Of a stretch of DNA of 64,000 bases, positions 34,301 to 47,229 are shown piece after piece. The DNA is taken from positions 16,678,001 to 16,742,000 of the forward strand of contig OZ287753.1 in NCBI GenBank assembly GCA_965649765.1, given 5' to 3'. Within the stretch, counting starts at the first letter, position 1, and every line of letters starts with the position of its first letter. Source of the DNA: Bispira polyomma. Taxonomy: Eukaryota. Under the pieces are notes generated by a model that ran no database searches, was not told the DNA's origin, and worked only from the letters and a program-made list of their open reading frames with translations. Position numbers and translations under genes: made by a program.

Positions 34301-37300
34301 CTATGATTTTTGAATGTGGGACCTAGACTTTAATTAAAAACAATAACAACCTGGAACGAAACAAACCGTATTGCCACATAAGAGACCACAGTAATCAAAA
34401 GTCCACACAATGACAAGGCATTCCCAATCTTTCCAAATATGGTCAGCTCCTTTGTGTAGGAAAATCCCTGAAAATGTAATTGAGTTAGGTTTATCAAATT
34501 ATGTAACTATATTTCCATGAAACATATTATATACTATAGCACATCCAACATTTAACAAAAACTTATTCCTTTGTAGGTAACTTTGTTCTGCATTGCTTAG
34601 TTACCAGTGTGGTAAATTGTAATACAGTTTAAAAAATAAAATAAAACAGAAATTTATTAGTGACAAACCAGAAAGAGATCTATTCCCCCTATAGGGTTCT
34701 CTGTGACTGGATCCGGAGCAGGGGTACGTTTGGGAGTCTGTTAGAAAGTGTAAAAACATAAAACATGAAACTTGGTATTTACAAGGAGGTAGCTGATATT
34801 GGGCAGAACCGAGACATTGTAAATGTAGGGGTACAGAATATATTGTTAACCTAAATGTTTGAATTTGTTTGTTACACTGGTGTTCAAAAACTATCTATAA
34901 AGGAAGGCGACCCCTGAGCCCCTGGACCACCTCTGGATCCGCCTATTGTGCTATACTAGTGTCAAAGTATAAAGCATTCTATTATATACATATTTAACTT
35001 GCTCAAAATTTTACAATCCCCTCCCTCTAAATCATGTGACCTTGACCATATTCTGACCTCACTGGTCAAGGAGTGCATTGATATACTTATAACTTCCATT
35101 ACCAACATGGTCAATAATTATTCACTCAGAGAGGGCAGTCTTCCAAACTGCTTTAAGACTGCTCATGTAACCCTTCACTCAAAAAACCCAGCCTGGACAG
35201 AAACATCCTAAAGAACTACAGAACGGTGTTAAACCTCAGTTTTATTTCAAAACTCCTTGCGATAGACTTAGCTAAATAGCTAAATAAATTCATCTCCCTA
35301 GATGGTATTGCTACTGCTAACCAATCTGCATACAGGAGCTCCCATTCCACAGAGATGGCTCTACTTAAGATTTAAAATGACATAGCTACGTCAGTTGACT
35401 CGGGAAAGACAGTGGCCCTTATATTAATGGACCTCTCTGCAGCTTTTGAAACTATCCATCACTCCATTTTATATGACTGTTTGACAGACTGGTTTGGAAT
35501 TGATGGCACTGTATTGCTGTGGATCAAATCCTACCTCCTTGACCGTAAACCAAAAATTTATATTGTAGCAGTTTTTCTGGGATATTTTGTCCCCCTTTTC
35601 CCCAGGATTCTGTCTCAGGCAATCTGCTTTTTATCCTTAACACTACCCCCCTCAGTCAAGTCATTTCAAAGTTTAATGTTAACCCTAACATGTATGATGA
35701 TGACACACAGACATACTGTACTCCAGGAACTTTGACTCAAGTATTGCTGAGGTCACTGACTCTTGAAAATCAGTCCAGGAGTGGATGGATTGTGCAAAAT
35801 GAAAATTAAACCCAGATAAAACAGTTCATTATTATATAGGTAACAAACTCACCAAGTCACTTACACCAAAATTTCTTATTTCATCCCTCCAAAACAATGT
35901 CACTCACTATCCACACTTAGTAACGACCTTTGCTAGACAACGGACAATCCCTTTTTAGAATTCAGCGCATCAGAGGATTTTTTTATCAATTTTGCACTAT
36001 ATAAAAGTTTCTATTATTGTTAAATACCCTTGTAATAAGCTTTACTGTTGTCTTCATGTTGAATTAAAACTTACCCAGATTTGAGAAGTGAATAACAGAC
36101 CATTACAATCTAGATATGGTGTTTAATATATTCAATATGGTTATATTTTAATGCTAACTATTTATTATGTTCCACTTATGCAATAAGTTGATACTTACAG
36201 GTGGTGGGAGTATAAATGCCCCAAAAGCTAAGGCATGATGACAGTGACATGTCAGTGTGTCTTCTTCCAAGGTGGAAGCACAGAGATGACTAGTCCATTT
36301 TGCCAGATTATCTGCCAAAACATATATTGGACATTGTATGTGGGATAGGTGGTAAAATGAGGGGCTAGGCGGGATAGGTGTCAAAAGAGGGGTGAGGCCT
36401 ATTGAAATGAGGCAATGCTATGTGAAATAATATAGGTGATAGGGGATGAGATAAAGGGTGAAATGTGTTGGGCAAGGTCAAATAGTCAATAAGGAGGAGG
36501 TTTAGTATCATGAAATATTTAGTACATTTACAATCTCCATTTAATTATTTTAGAATGATTGAATTATAAACTTCAAATCCAGTATTGTTTACATCTTTAC
36601 ATATGTTTAAATAATATACCTGCAGGTGAAGCAGCACATTTGGTGGTAGAGCTCTCAATATTCTGAAACAAATACACACTTGTAATAATACCACATTCCT
36701 GATATCATAATTGTAATGTCAAATTTATTTCTAAAAAATATATCCCCTACCAAATGTGCATCACATATATAACATGACATAATTCACCTATGGTACAAAA
36801 GTTTGTTTATACTTGTCGCCTCAATAGGAAATGATCAGATATATGCAGTGATGTGGCTGTATTACTTTGTTGTATTAAGTTTATATTATGTGAGTATTGG
36901 TCTTCCAATCAGAGTGTCTGTTCATATTACTGTACTAATGTATCTCTTTCAAAAGTGGACTACTAACTAAGTTGAAAAATAGCTTATTCTCAACTAGGTA
37001 TTTTTTGTCACACAATTTTTGTCTCTTGTATTTACCTTAATAGTATATGTCACATTAGCCTTGGAATCCCTGTGTATATCAATGAGCATCAGAGGTCCCC
37101 ATGGAATTCTGCTACCTGTTTGTTTGTCGAACTCGGGATTGTATGTAGGAATGATGGTAAATGAAGATAGATCAAACAAACTATCCTTGATCTCACTTAG
37201 TGATGCAAACTCTGATTGATTGTCATACAGACTTCCTGTATGTGATTGTGTGGACATCTCTGCATCTTTGATCATGGTGTGTGAGTAGATCAGGATTTTG

Positions 37301-40300
37301 CTGAATATATCTATGTGCTCTAGAACTAGAACACTCGCGTGGTGTATATCTACAATGAGTTAGGTAATGAGCTAAGATTGTCAGTGTGAAAACATAGTAT
37401 GGTGGATTACTATCGTATGAATGTTAGTTAAAGCAGTAAACATGATTTTTAACATAGCAGTGTATGTTTTTGAAAAAGTTGAGATATGGATATATTTACT
37501 TATTCACAGCATGATATCTCACATAAAAGTTGAAATATTTGCTAAATGTATATCATGTTAGGAATAAGCTAGCTTTTTACGTCAATACTATTTTGTCGAA
37601 GGTTCAATTGTGTAGAGAAATTGGTCATTTGACACTTTCACTATGTCAAATGTTGACACTAGGTACTATAAATGTTTACCATTTTTATCTTAAAGAGAGA
37701 GTTATTGTGAGAAAAGATGAGTATACCTGTTTCTTCACCAGTACCACCTTGTGTTGTTATGTCTATCTTGTTTATATCATATAATTTGCCATTGGTTTGT
37801 ACAGGATCAGGGATATTTACTGTGAACTTATCACTTAAGCTACTGTTAATCATCTCTGTATAGAAGAACAGGTTTGTACCTGCCACAATAAAATTTTCCC
37901 TTACATTTGATACATCTAACCACTTGGGTAGTTCTTGTAATCGTACAAGTAATCTACAAGAGGAAGAAAAAAGAATTACACCTTTCTCTTAAATATGTAC
38001 AGAATGATATTATTCTTTAGTATATATCAGTAAAGCAGTAGCAATATACTTACAAGTATATGTACCAAGTCATTCGTTTACAAATGTATCTGTTTTTGAG
38101 AGACTAAAAAACATTTAGTGCTTTTATGATGTCACAATGCAAACATGTAATACATGTACAAGGTTTTGAAGTTATTTTAAAAGCTTATAATATAATATTG
38201 GAGATTAGGTAACATGCCATGTAATAAATCGTTATTGTACATGTGATATAAATCTGCCCATAGGTTTACACCCTTTTGTAAACATGTCTATATCTATTAC
38301 TCGTTCACTTCATAAATTTGTGTATAACATATAGCCATATCATATCTGGTGAATTAATCCCCAAAGAGGGTTGTACCTATACAACAATCTATGCACATAC
38401 AAAAGTAAAAATTATCCCGCATTTTGGGGGAAACTCTACCTCTCAGCTAGGTCTGGATATATTTTAAACAACACAGTAAGTTTTCCAGGTTGTCTCAGCA
38501 ACACATCTAAAACGTAGAGAAACTCTTCTGCTACAGATGGTGACAGATATGTGCTGCTAGCTTTAAAGACAGTTATCACGTCACCAAGGAACTCCAGGGT
38601 CAGTTTGATATCCTCAAGATTAAAAGGTGTAGTCTGGTGGTACTTCTCATAAGTGACGTAGATGGTGTGCAATCTCATAGCTTGGAATTCTGGGTTATGT
38701 ATCTCTGTCATGTTTTCCTTGAAGGATGATACAAACATATTTTGTTATTTTTACAAATATATAAATAACAGGGTTATTTTTTATGATGAGACTAGAGAGG
38801 TTTGTGCTACATTTTTATGAAAACTTCTCTCCGTATCTACCTCAGCATATTGATGCATCACGTGATCTTTTTACGTCAATACTCCATTACTGATACGGAT
38901 TCATATATAATATGGCCTCCGTACGTAAATATAGTGACATTTGTAACAAAGATTGTGTAAGGAAATAGTAAAATATATATAACATCATCTTGTCAAATTT
39001 TAGTTTCTAATTCCGTGTAATCGAGATACATCAGGCTGTTTAGTACATAAGACCAGGCCAATCATCCTCTTTATGTCTATGTATAGGTCTCAATTTTAGC
39101 AGTGTAAACGAACATACCACTTCTTCGATGTCTGACTTATCTGTGCAACGTATCTATAATGTATATATCATTGGCAAACGTAGCACAAAACCTTATTAAT
39201 ATAAACCTTTATTTCACTAAAACTGTTCCAAAACTACAGCTTTACAATATGTTTAGCAGTTCACTGGAATTGGCTATTTATAGTTAAAATATCAAGCTTG
39301 GTGAATGTCATATTTACATAAATAATGACCTTTATAAACTGTCGGTATGGTCTGACCATCATATCTTACTGGTATTATCTATCTTACTATACATTAATAC
39401 ACATTAGTACATGGTGTGTTTCCCATTGACTACCAACCAATATAATAAGGACCATTGGTATTCTTACAGTATACTGTAAAAGTATACACTTTTATTAAAA
39501 TAGATTTTGTCTTGATATTTTAACTATAAATAGCCAATTCCAGTGAACTGCTAAACATATTGTAAATGAGTGACATTTTCCGTCAACCTAAAGGGTCTTG
39601 CTAACTGTCTATGAATAAATACGATCCGAATAACAATGTCAGATATGATCATACTGAGAACAGCTCGGATCTTATGGGATATGTATGGAAAATATATTTT
39701 TCATAGCTTGTATAAATTTGGTCGAATCGTACACATTTGGATTGTATCGCAAGGGAGCTTCTTACCCCTTTAAGTTTCCACTATCACAGCATTTACATAA
39801 AAATAGGTACTAAATATATAACCTCTCTTTTGAATTTCTTCAGCTGGTATTTGATTGGCGGATCTGGGCACCCCTCTAGATCCTGGAATGTCCACTTTAC
39901 TGTACCATTGTCGCCTACACTACAGTGACGTTTGACCTTGACCTTTGAGAACTGCGTCCACGGACAGGTCTGCTGCAGTTCGTAGCCGACCTGTATCTGA
40001 GGCCACCGCAGTGTGCCCTTCACTGGGTTGGTTGTCACGTGGAGACGGCAAAGGTCTGCAAAGGTGTCATTAAATCTTATGTATAACTAGTGACATATGG
40101 CACTAGTTTCACAAAGAAAACTTAGTTAAATAACCATGGTACAAGCGATATATATTTGTAAAATTATTTATTTATTTATTTCGTACTCAGAGTACAAGAA
40201 AAATGTAGGGCCAGATGAAAAAAAGAAAAAATAGTTACGTACACCTTCGAATAAAGTAAGGGGATCTTCGTTCTTAAGGTTTGTTTACTTTTCAAAAATG

Positions 40301-41832
40301 GTATTTTCAAAACCTTTATTTGGTTAAGTATTAGTTAGATTTCAAGTTAGAAAGATTCTTAAACAAAGAAAAAGTTTGGTAACCACCATACCAAAAATAC
40401 TTGGTTACGGCGTCAATCGACTCTTTAGGGAATTTTTAATCAAATAAACTGCTAAAAATTTTGTGATAATTTTTAAATTTGTTTTTCAAGAAAAAATACT
40501 GATATTTGTAAACATGAAGACTAACATAGGAAAACAACATCAGCTTACCTGTTTCTATAACCCACAGTTTCCATCAATAACACAAACAGTTCCCCACAAT
40601 TCCTTAAATAAACTTGCATATTAAAGCTGACCTGTCGACTAATTTTAAAACTAGGTAACATCTACAAAGTTGAGCTCGAGGAATGGCTATGTTATGAATT
40701 GTGAGAGGTTACCCAGGTTAAATGACCTGGATCAGCAGTAGAGAAACAGCAACATACTTCACCACACATGCCTTGGCTACGGAAGTTATGATGAACCATA
40801 TTTAAGGTTGTTCGCTACCATTTTTTACCCCAAAAAATAAATTTCAAGATATTTTCATGAAAATTGCAGAAAATGTGCTTTGTTAAATTGTCAATTGGGA
40901 ATTATGCGTCTCTTTGCCCTTTTATAAGCCTTTCTACTACAATCATAATCTTTATCTTCAGAAAAATTCCACATGTTTCCTATTATTCCAAAAGAAACAT
41001 TGAGATTTTCCCAAATTTAGCACGGTGACCTCCTGTTTTATCTCATATTTAGTTACAGTTTGTAATTTAGCACAACTGGGGAGACAAAATTAAATTTTGT
41101 GAGTACCTTTTTATGGAATTTTTTCTTCCAAAAACAGGCTTTTTCATCAAAAACAATGGGCAAATAAATGGAAATACAGACCATATTAAATGCTCTGTAG
41201 GTTTCGAAAGAGCCTGGTGTGACATATTTAACACATTAATCAAGCTTTTTATTAAATAATTTTTGTGAAAATCTTAACTCTGGTAGCGAACAACCTTAAA
41301 TTTCAGAGAAATCTTACAGATATGTCTATTTTTTGGTAAAACTAAGTAAAATGCGGCTGCATGTGAAGAAAAGTAACACCACAAAAACTATTTTGTGTGT
41401 ACTTTAGCATAATGTGTGTTTATGTAGTTACCTGACAATGTAAGTATACTTTATCTCTACTTGTGTGTAGCTGCAATGTGATAAACCGAAACAACTCTAA
41501 CAACACAATGTCATTTTCAGCTATTTTTTCAAGCGGATGGCCATAGGCAATAGACATGGTTTAACAGCATATATCCAGGGGGGCCAAAATATGGCAATAC
41601 ACTATATGTGTGAAAAGGATGACTAGTTTGAAAGCAGAGTCCCCTTCGGCTTACCTGTTCTGCACTCATCTGGCATATTATCATCATTCTCTTCCCTCAG
41701 CTGTCTGGCTTCAGGCTGTATATCATGGACTCTATCCACCACGATTACATTGTTTTCTGAATCTTCATTGGCTACGACCATCAACCTAGCACTTATAAGG
41801 ATGTACAAGCAATATACCATGTACACAGCCAT
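31319..41832 (-). CDS. Adhesion GPCR paralog B (signal peptide-HRM-GAIN-7TM), ~802 aa
   Basis: Coding exons in transcript order: 41655-41832, 39823-40055 (HRM), 38440-38717, 37727-37953, 37036-37349, 36620-36662, 36199-36311 (GPS KWTSHLC..TCHCHHALAF), 34669-34737, 34367-34467 (TM1), 33450-33584, 33013-33140, 32528-32639, 32068-32204, 31725-31867 (LLGVPW), 31319-31516 (SLQGLFIFFFHC). GT-AG introns with consistent phases; total 2409 nt. TM1-TM3 exon sizes (101/135/128) match gene A. Confidence 0.92.
34995..36020 (+). mobile_element. 5'-truncated L2/CR1 LINE RT fragment in a gene B intron
   Basis: Peptides KSCDLDHILTSLVKECIDIL, NQSAYRSSHSTEMALL and LILMDLSAAFETIHHSIL; L2-like tail near 35960-36020; frameshifted. 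Confidence 0.85.
39241..39566. repeat. Perfect 56-bp inverted repeat with 214-bp spacer
   Basis: 39241-39296 is the exact reverse complement of 39511-39566. Confidence 0.9.
40806..41295. mobile_element. Non-autonomous TTAA-specific DNA transposon (Kolobok-type termini)
   Basis: Perfect 15-bp TIR GGTTGTTCGCTACCA; TTAA on both sides (40802-40805, 41296-41299). The GG start fits Kolobok rather than piggyBac (CC). Confidence 0.8.
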
Positions 41833-42388
41833 CTTGTTGTGTCAGTCCTACACCATCTAACCGTGTGGTCCAGAGCAAACACAGAGCATAGAAATTGTTC
41901 CCCCAAAGTGCTAATATTGACCCTCCGAAAGGGTCGCATTAATTTAACAAATCAATGCTATAGCCCAATCCCAGTAAACACAGATGTTTTGGATAACTGT
42001 AAACGTGGGTAGAAAAACTGTCAAAAATGTTTTTACTAAATTTACAATTGTTTACAAGTGTTTACACTGTAATTACCTTTCACAATTGGCTATTATGCAC
42101 TAAATTTATCAATACAAGTTAATATGTTCAATTGGAACTTCTTGTCAATATCCCAAAATATAAACTATAAAGCTTCAAATTAATTCCTTGTGACAGTTAC
42201 CCCTGATCCAAAATCTGACTCAAGTCTATCACATTTCTCAAGTTGCCCCATCCAAAAGTTGCAGAGTTATTAAATACGAACAAATTTATTCCAATAGGTT
42301 TGAGTTCTAATCCACCTTTGTCTCTGTGGCAACACTGAGCTAGGGGTAGACTCTCTTTATAACCTATTTTATGGCTGGATAGCCACTG

Positions 42389-42544
42389 ACGTCACATACA
42401 AATATAGCTATCCAGTCAATTAATGACCCCATAGAGGGAGTATCTATGATTCCACCAATGACTCAAACGTCACATACAAAAAAAGCTATCCAGTCAATAA
42501 ATGACCCCGTAGAGGGAGTATCTATGATTCCAGCAATGACTCAA
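42389..42544. repeat. Two-copy 78-bp tandem duplication upstream of gene B ATG
   Basis: ACGTCACATACAAA..GCTATCCAGTCAAT..GAGGGAGTATCTATGATTCCA.CAATGACTCA occurs twice; the homologous region of gene C (~62870-62940) has a single copy. Confidence 0.85.
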
Positions 42545-42639
42545 CATTTTTCCAAATGTAAGATGCTTATCTGAGATATAACACATCATGTACTATAACT
42601 ATATAACTATCTGAATTATTTCACCTTTCTTTCCTTCTC

Positions 42640-42990
42640 TGGCCTTTACCTGAAACACCCGATATCTTACAGTATGTGAGGGGCCATATCAAAACAATTT
42701 CAAGCTCATCTCAAGCTCAACTCAGAAACACCAGCATCATCAAAGTAAATTGCTGGATGGGTCATTATCTATTAATTAACTTATAAAGGTTACCAGTTAT
42801 AAATAATCCATTCACATACACCCAATACTATCTTTGTAATCATTCTCGCCGAGAGAGGCTTTAAGAAACATCAATCTTTCACTGTAATAACATGTTAGAT
42901 TTATTTTCTTTGGGTAATAGTCTCTATTATAAAAACTATGTATTGGAACTATATATTCCCAGAATTCCATTCGGTCTGCGTAATGCCTAT
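42640..42990 (-). promoter_or_regulatory. Probable 5'UTR exon and core promoter of gene B
   Basis: Donor TTTCAG|GTAAAG at ~42650. Block TGCTGGATGGG..TTATAAAGGTTACCAGT.ATAAATAATC is conserved with gene C (~63160-63220) and contains TATA-like TTTATAA on the minus strand. Confidence 0.45.
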
Positions 42991-45684
42991 GTGAGGGAGT
43001 CTATGTTATACAACAGTTTGTGTCATGAGAATTTACATAACTCTGCCAGTGCGCCTGTTCAGTATAAATGAATGGTTAATAAAAGTCCTGCATCGTTTTA
43101 CTTTTATAAGTAAACATTTAGTAGGCTTTGTTCTTAGCTTTACGGATAAAACCCTCAAGGTCTGTACTTTTGTAAATGGTTAGGTAACCATGTATCCTGC
43201 ATGACCTTTGAGTGATCGATTAGCATGTTGCTGAGGGAAAATGTTTAACTACTTTTATGTAAATGTAACCATTTGTGTAGAACTGACATGTACAGAATAT
43301 ATTCTGCAAACCTATATCTTACACTGACTTTCAAGGTTATTTATATTCTCCAAGGTGACTATTCAAGCCTATTATAGCCAAAAATAGCTCAAATTTATTT
43401 TGGGTAAACATTTTCCACTTTTACAGTATATCAATCAAGCCCAATACTTAAATACAAGCTTTTATAAAACATACCATGTAAATTAACACTGGCAGCACTA
43501 ATGTTTTGGGTTTTAGCCATTGCAAATGATTTGATTGTTTCCTGTCCCTTTAGAGAATAGTGGAAGAAATGACAAATTGGCTGTGATGAACCATTTGTAG
43601 TTAATAGCCCTATTACCTAGACAATAGAGGGCATCTTCCTTTGAAGATGATTACACCAAATAACTTGTCTAATTAGTTGTGTGAACAAGATTGTGTAACT
43701 ATAACCTTGATGACCTTGGATGATTATAAAACACATTATAATCATGATTTACATAATACTCTGGTATGGCACTGGTAAATAACAGTGGCGTAAGCCCAAA
43801 ACCCTGTTTTGCTGGGTGTAATATTAGTCTGGGTGTAATAGTAGGATTTATCTCAGAAAAGCTACATATGTGGTGTAACTCATAATGTATGAAATTCAAT
43901 TGAATATCTTTTTCTAAAAGCCTTGGTTTTCCAAGAATTATGCAAAATTTGGCACTCTGTTTGTTTAGTCTTAGACTTTAAGGTGTTCACTAAGGGTGAC
44001 AGAAAGTTGCATTTAGTTCCAATGGTTATTCTTTTCCTGGTTATTCCTGTTCTTATTTGGATATAGCATCTGGGTTAGCAATAGTGTTGGACAAATTGGT
44101 AAGATATAAATGTAATAACACAAAAGCGATGAAAAAAATCTATATAATCGATTGGCCTTCTATTATTGGCAGAAATGAAGAGATTGAGAAAGTCCATCAC
44201 GAAAGAATGTAGCAATGCATCCAAGCATTATATAAGCCATTAGAGGACAATGCTCTCTTTTCAAAATATCAATTATAAGAACGTTTTAGGATTGGGAGGA
44301 AGGGACATGGATGATAAAATGGTGACACACTTGCCTCTTTAGGGATAAAAAGGTAGTTAGTCAAGGCTTTCTGCTCTGCAAACCACTAACCTTCAAAATT
44401 CTACAGCCAACTTTTCCACATGCATGTCAGTGCCTGGATTTAAGCTAACAACGACATAGTTAGGAGGGAAATATGTTTCCAATATGTCATCAAACTCCAC
44501 ATTTATTTGTGAATGTAGAATATACCAAGTGAAATTTTCACTGAAGTTGTAAACATTTTAGTCTAGCTCAACAATCTTGTTATATAATGTCCATCTGCAC
44601 GAAATATCTTGTGCTGTTATGCAATGCAGTGATTTGGTTGATTAAACAATAACAACACGTCCCACTGTTGACAGACCTTTCTGGCAGGCACTATAAAGCA
44701 ATTGGTGTAAATGCAAGCAAATATAATCTGCAGTTTACTGATTTTTGTCTTTGTTTGATGAATCAGGAAATGACAACTAAATTGGACAGATGTTTTGTAA
44801 ACAAGTTTTGTGGGTGATATCACTTCATTGACACAGATATATATTATTATATTGTTCTTCCCTTTTATAAAATTTAATTCTGGTGGAAAAAGTAATCATT
44901 ATATATATGTCTAAAGATACATTCATAACAAAAGAAAGTGTATTACTGAATTCAATATTTTGTTAAGTGACATATTAGAAAACAAACAAAAGAAACCAAA
45001 CAACTGTAATATAAAGTACACACTTACAAAGTATAGTGTGCAACAATGTATCTCGTATTAGTGTGACACTTTACATAATAAATCTACATATTCAAAAGAC
45101 AGTAGTTTGAATAAACCTTCTTTTTTGAGTATTTAAACATTTTTCTATATTCTGCAACATTTCATCGCTTGGTAAAGGTAAGAAAGTTAAAACATAGACT
45201 ACTTGTTACCTCAGCTCCGCTGAAGTTTACTATTCCTGCATGACCTTTTAGATGCATATATTATCCTTCTAAAATTCCAGTGTCTTTACAATTAATGTCT
45301 GATCAGTCAAGATAGATGAACCTGTGTCAATATGGTGGGGGGGGACGCCTTTGCGACAATACTCTCAGTTCTGGTACCAGTCTTATGGAGGTAATTAGTT
45401 ATATAAGGCCTTTGTGCCTTTATCAGCGCCATTATTGATAATTGGTTCCAGAAGATAGAGTGTTTACAACCCACCATATATCCGCCGATTAATGATTGTT
45501 TTCTAGTTTCAGGCTGCTAACACAACCAAAAGACCAATAAAGTACCACTCATCTGCTGTAAGGTGAGCTAGCCAAGAATCTATGTAAAACCCCTCTTCAT
45601 GGTTATACCACCAGTTAAGGTGGGCAAATAGTTGTTTAGTCTTATTATATTTAAATTATGCTGTAGAATGAACAATTACATAAT

Positions 45685-47220
45685 TTGAGAGCTCTACCAC
45701 CAAATGTGCTGCTTCACTTGCAGGTATATTATTTAAACATATGTAAACAACACTGTATTTGAAGTTTATAATTCAATCATTGTAAAATAATTAAATGGAG
45801 ATTGTAAATGTACTAAATATCCCAGGATACTAAACCTCATTCTCATCGACTATTAGACCTTGCCCTTGCCCAACACAATTAACCTCTCTCTCTCACCACC
45901 TATCACCCATATATTCTCACCTAGCATAGCCTCCTTTCAACATGCCTCCTCCCTTTTTTGACACCTATCGTAGCTAGCCCCTGATTTCACCACCACCTAT
46001 CTCACATACATAGTCCCAATATAAGTTTTGCAAATATTCTAGCAAAATAGACTTGTCATCTCTGTGCTTCCAACTTGGAAGAAAACACAGTGACATGTCA
46101 TTGTCAGCATGCCTCAGCTTATGGGGGCATTTATACCCCCAGCACCTTTGAAGTATTAACTTCTTACATAAGTAGAATGTGCTGATTAGTTAGCATTAAA
46201 ATCCAACTAAAACAAGACCATATCTAGATTGTAATGGCATGTTGTTCACTTCACAATTCTGAGTAAGCTTTTATTTAACAAGAATATATATATATATATA
46301 TATAAAATGGAAGGCTTTACACCATGACACTAGTATAGCCCTGAGACAGATCCAGGGATGGTCCAGTGGGCTATAAACCCCCTGTCTCCTGCCTTTTTAG
46401 AAACTTTTTGAGCTGCGGTAAACAATCAAATTTTAACATTGAGGTTACCAATATTTTCTGGGAGTGGACCCCACAGTTACAGAATCTTGGATCCTCTCAT
46501 GAGCAGCTACTTCCTTGTAAATACCAAGTTTCATGTTGTACTTTTCTACACTTTATAACAGGCTGCCAAACTTACCCTAGCTCTGGATCCAGTCACATAG
46601 AACCCTATAGGATTCTGGTTTGTCATTAATCAATTTCTGTTTGATCATTTGATCTGGTTTAAATTAACGAGCACAGCAAGAATTTTGAACCTCTTCAAAA
46701 CTGTTATGGTATGGCCACAATCTCGTTTCAACCATAGCATCCGTAGTGATCATACCACAACTGTGAGGGCATTTGGAGGTAATTTTTGTTATTCAGGACT
46801 TTCTGTAATCATTAGTATTTGTGATCTATGCAGATAATTTGCTGCTCTCCATAAAATAATCATTGCCCACCCAATAGCATCCATGAGTTTTCTTGTTTAT
46901 TAATGGTTTTCTTTGAAATTTTAAACACAATATTTTAAGAACCTGTCTAATTCTTCGTTAAATCCACACGCCATTGTATTAGCAAAATTGCAATCTGCGA
47001 CCTCATTCCTTGTCATTTTTAACAATTCTTTGTATGTGGGACCTAGACTAAAGATCTCTTTAAGAAATTTTTTACCTGTTGTACACAAAAGATTTAGCAC
47101 AAACAGCTGTTACAAATACCAAAATACATTCATAAAATTTTAATGTATATATAATAGTTCACAGTATTATTGAACATAACACTAGACAGTGCTGCAATTC
47201 AAAACATTATCGGTTAAATT
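45685..47220 (+). pseudogene. Inverted partial duplicate of gene B (pre-GPS micro-exon, GPS exon, spacer exon, intron pieces)
   Basis: 45685-46270 is approximately the revcomp of 36060-36660, 46300-46640 of 34640-34980, and 46680-47220 of ~33650-34190. The GPS exon acceptor is mutated, Trp is TAG, and the TM1 exon is missing. Confidence 0.88.
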
Positions 47221-47229
47221 ATGGCAATC

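Noticed and set aside
36994-37035. ORF-track extensions past exon ends (e.g. VNTRDKNCVTKNT* in B, VDKWGANCVSKLF* in C) as secreted ectodomain isoforms
   Set aside because: A conserved AAG|GTA donor precedes them and joins in frame to the next exon; there is no evidence for intronic polyadenylation without transcript data.
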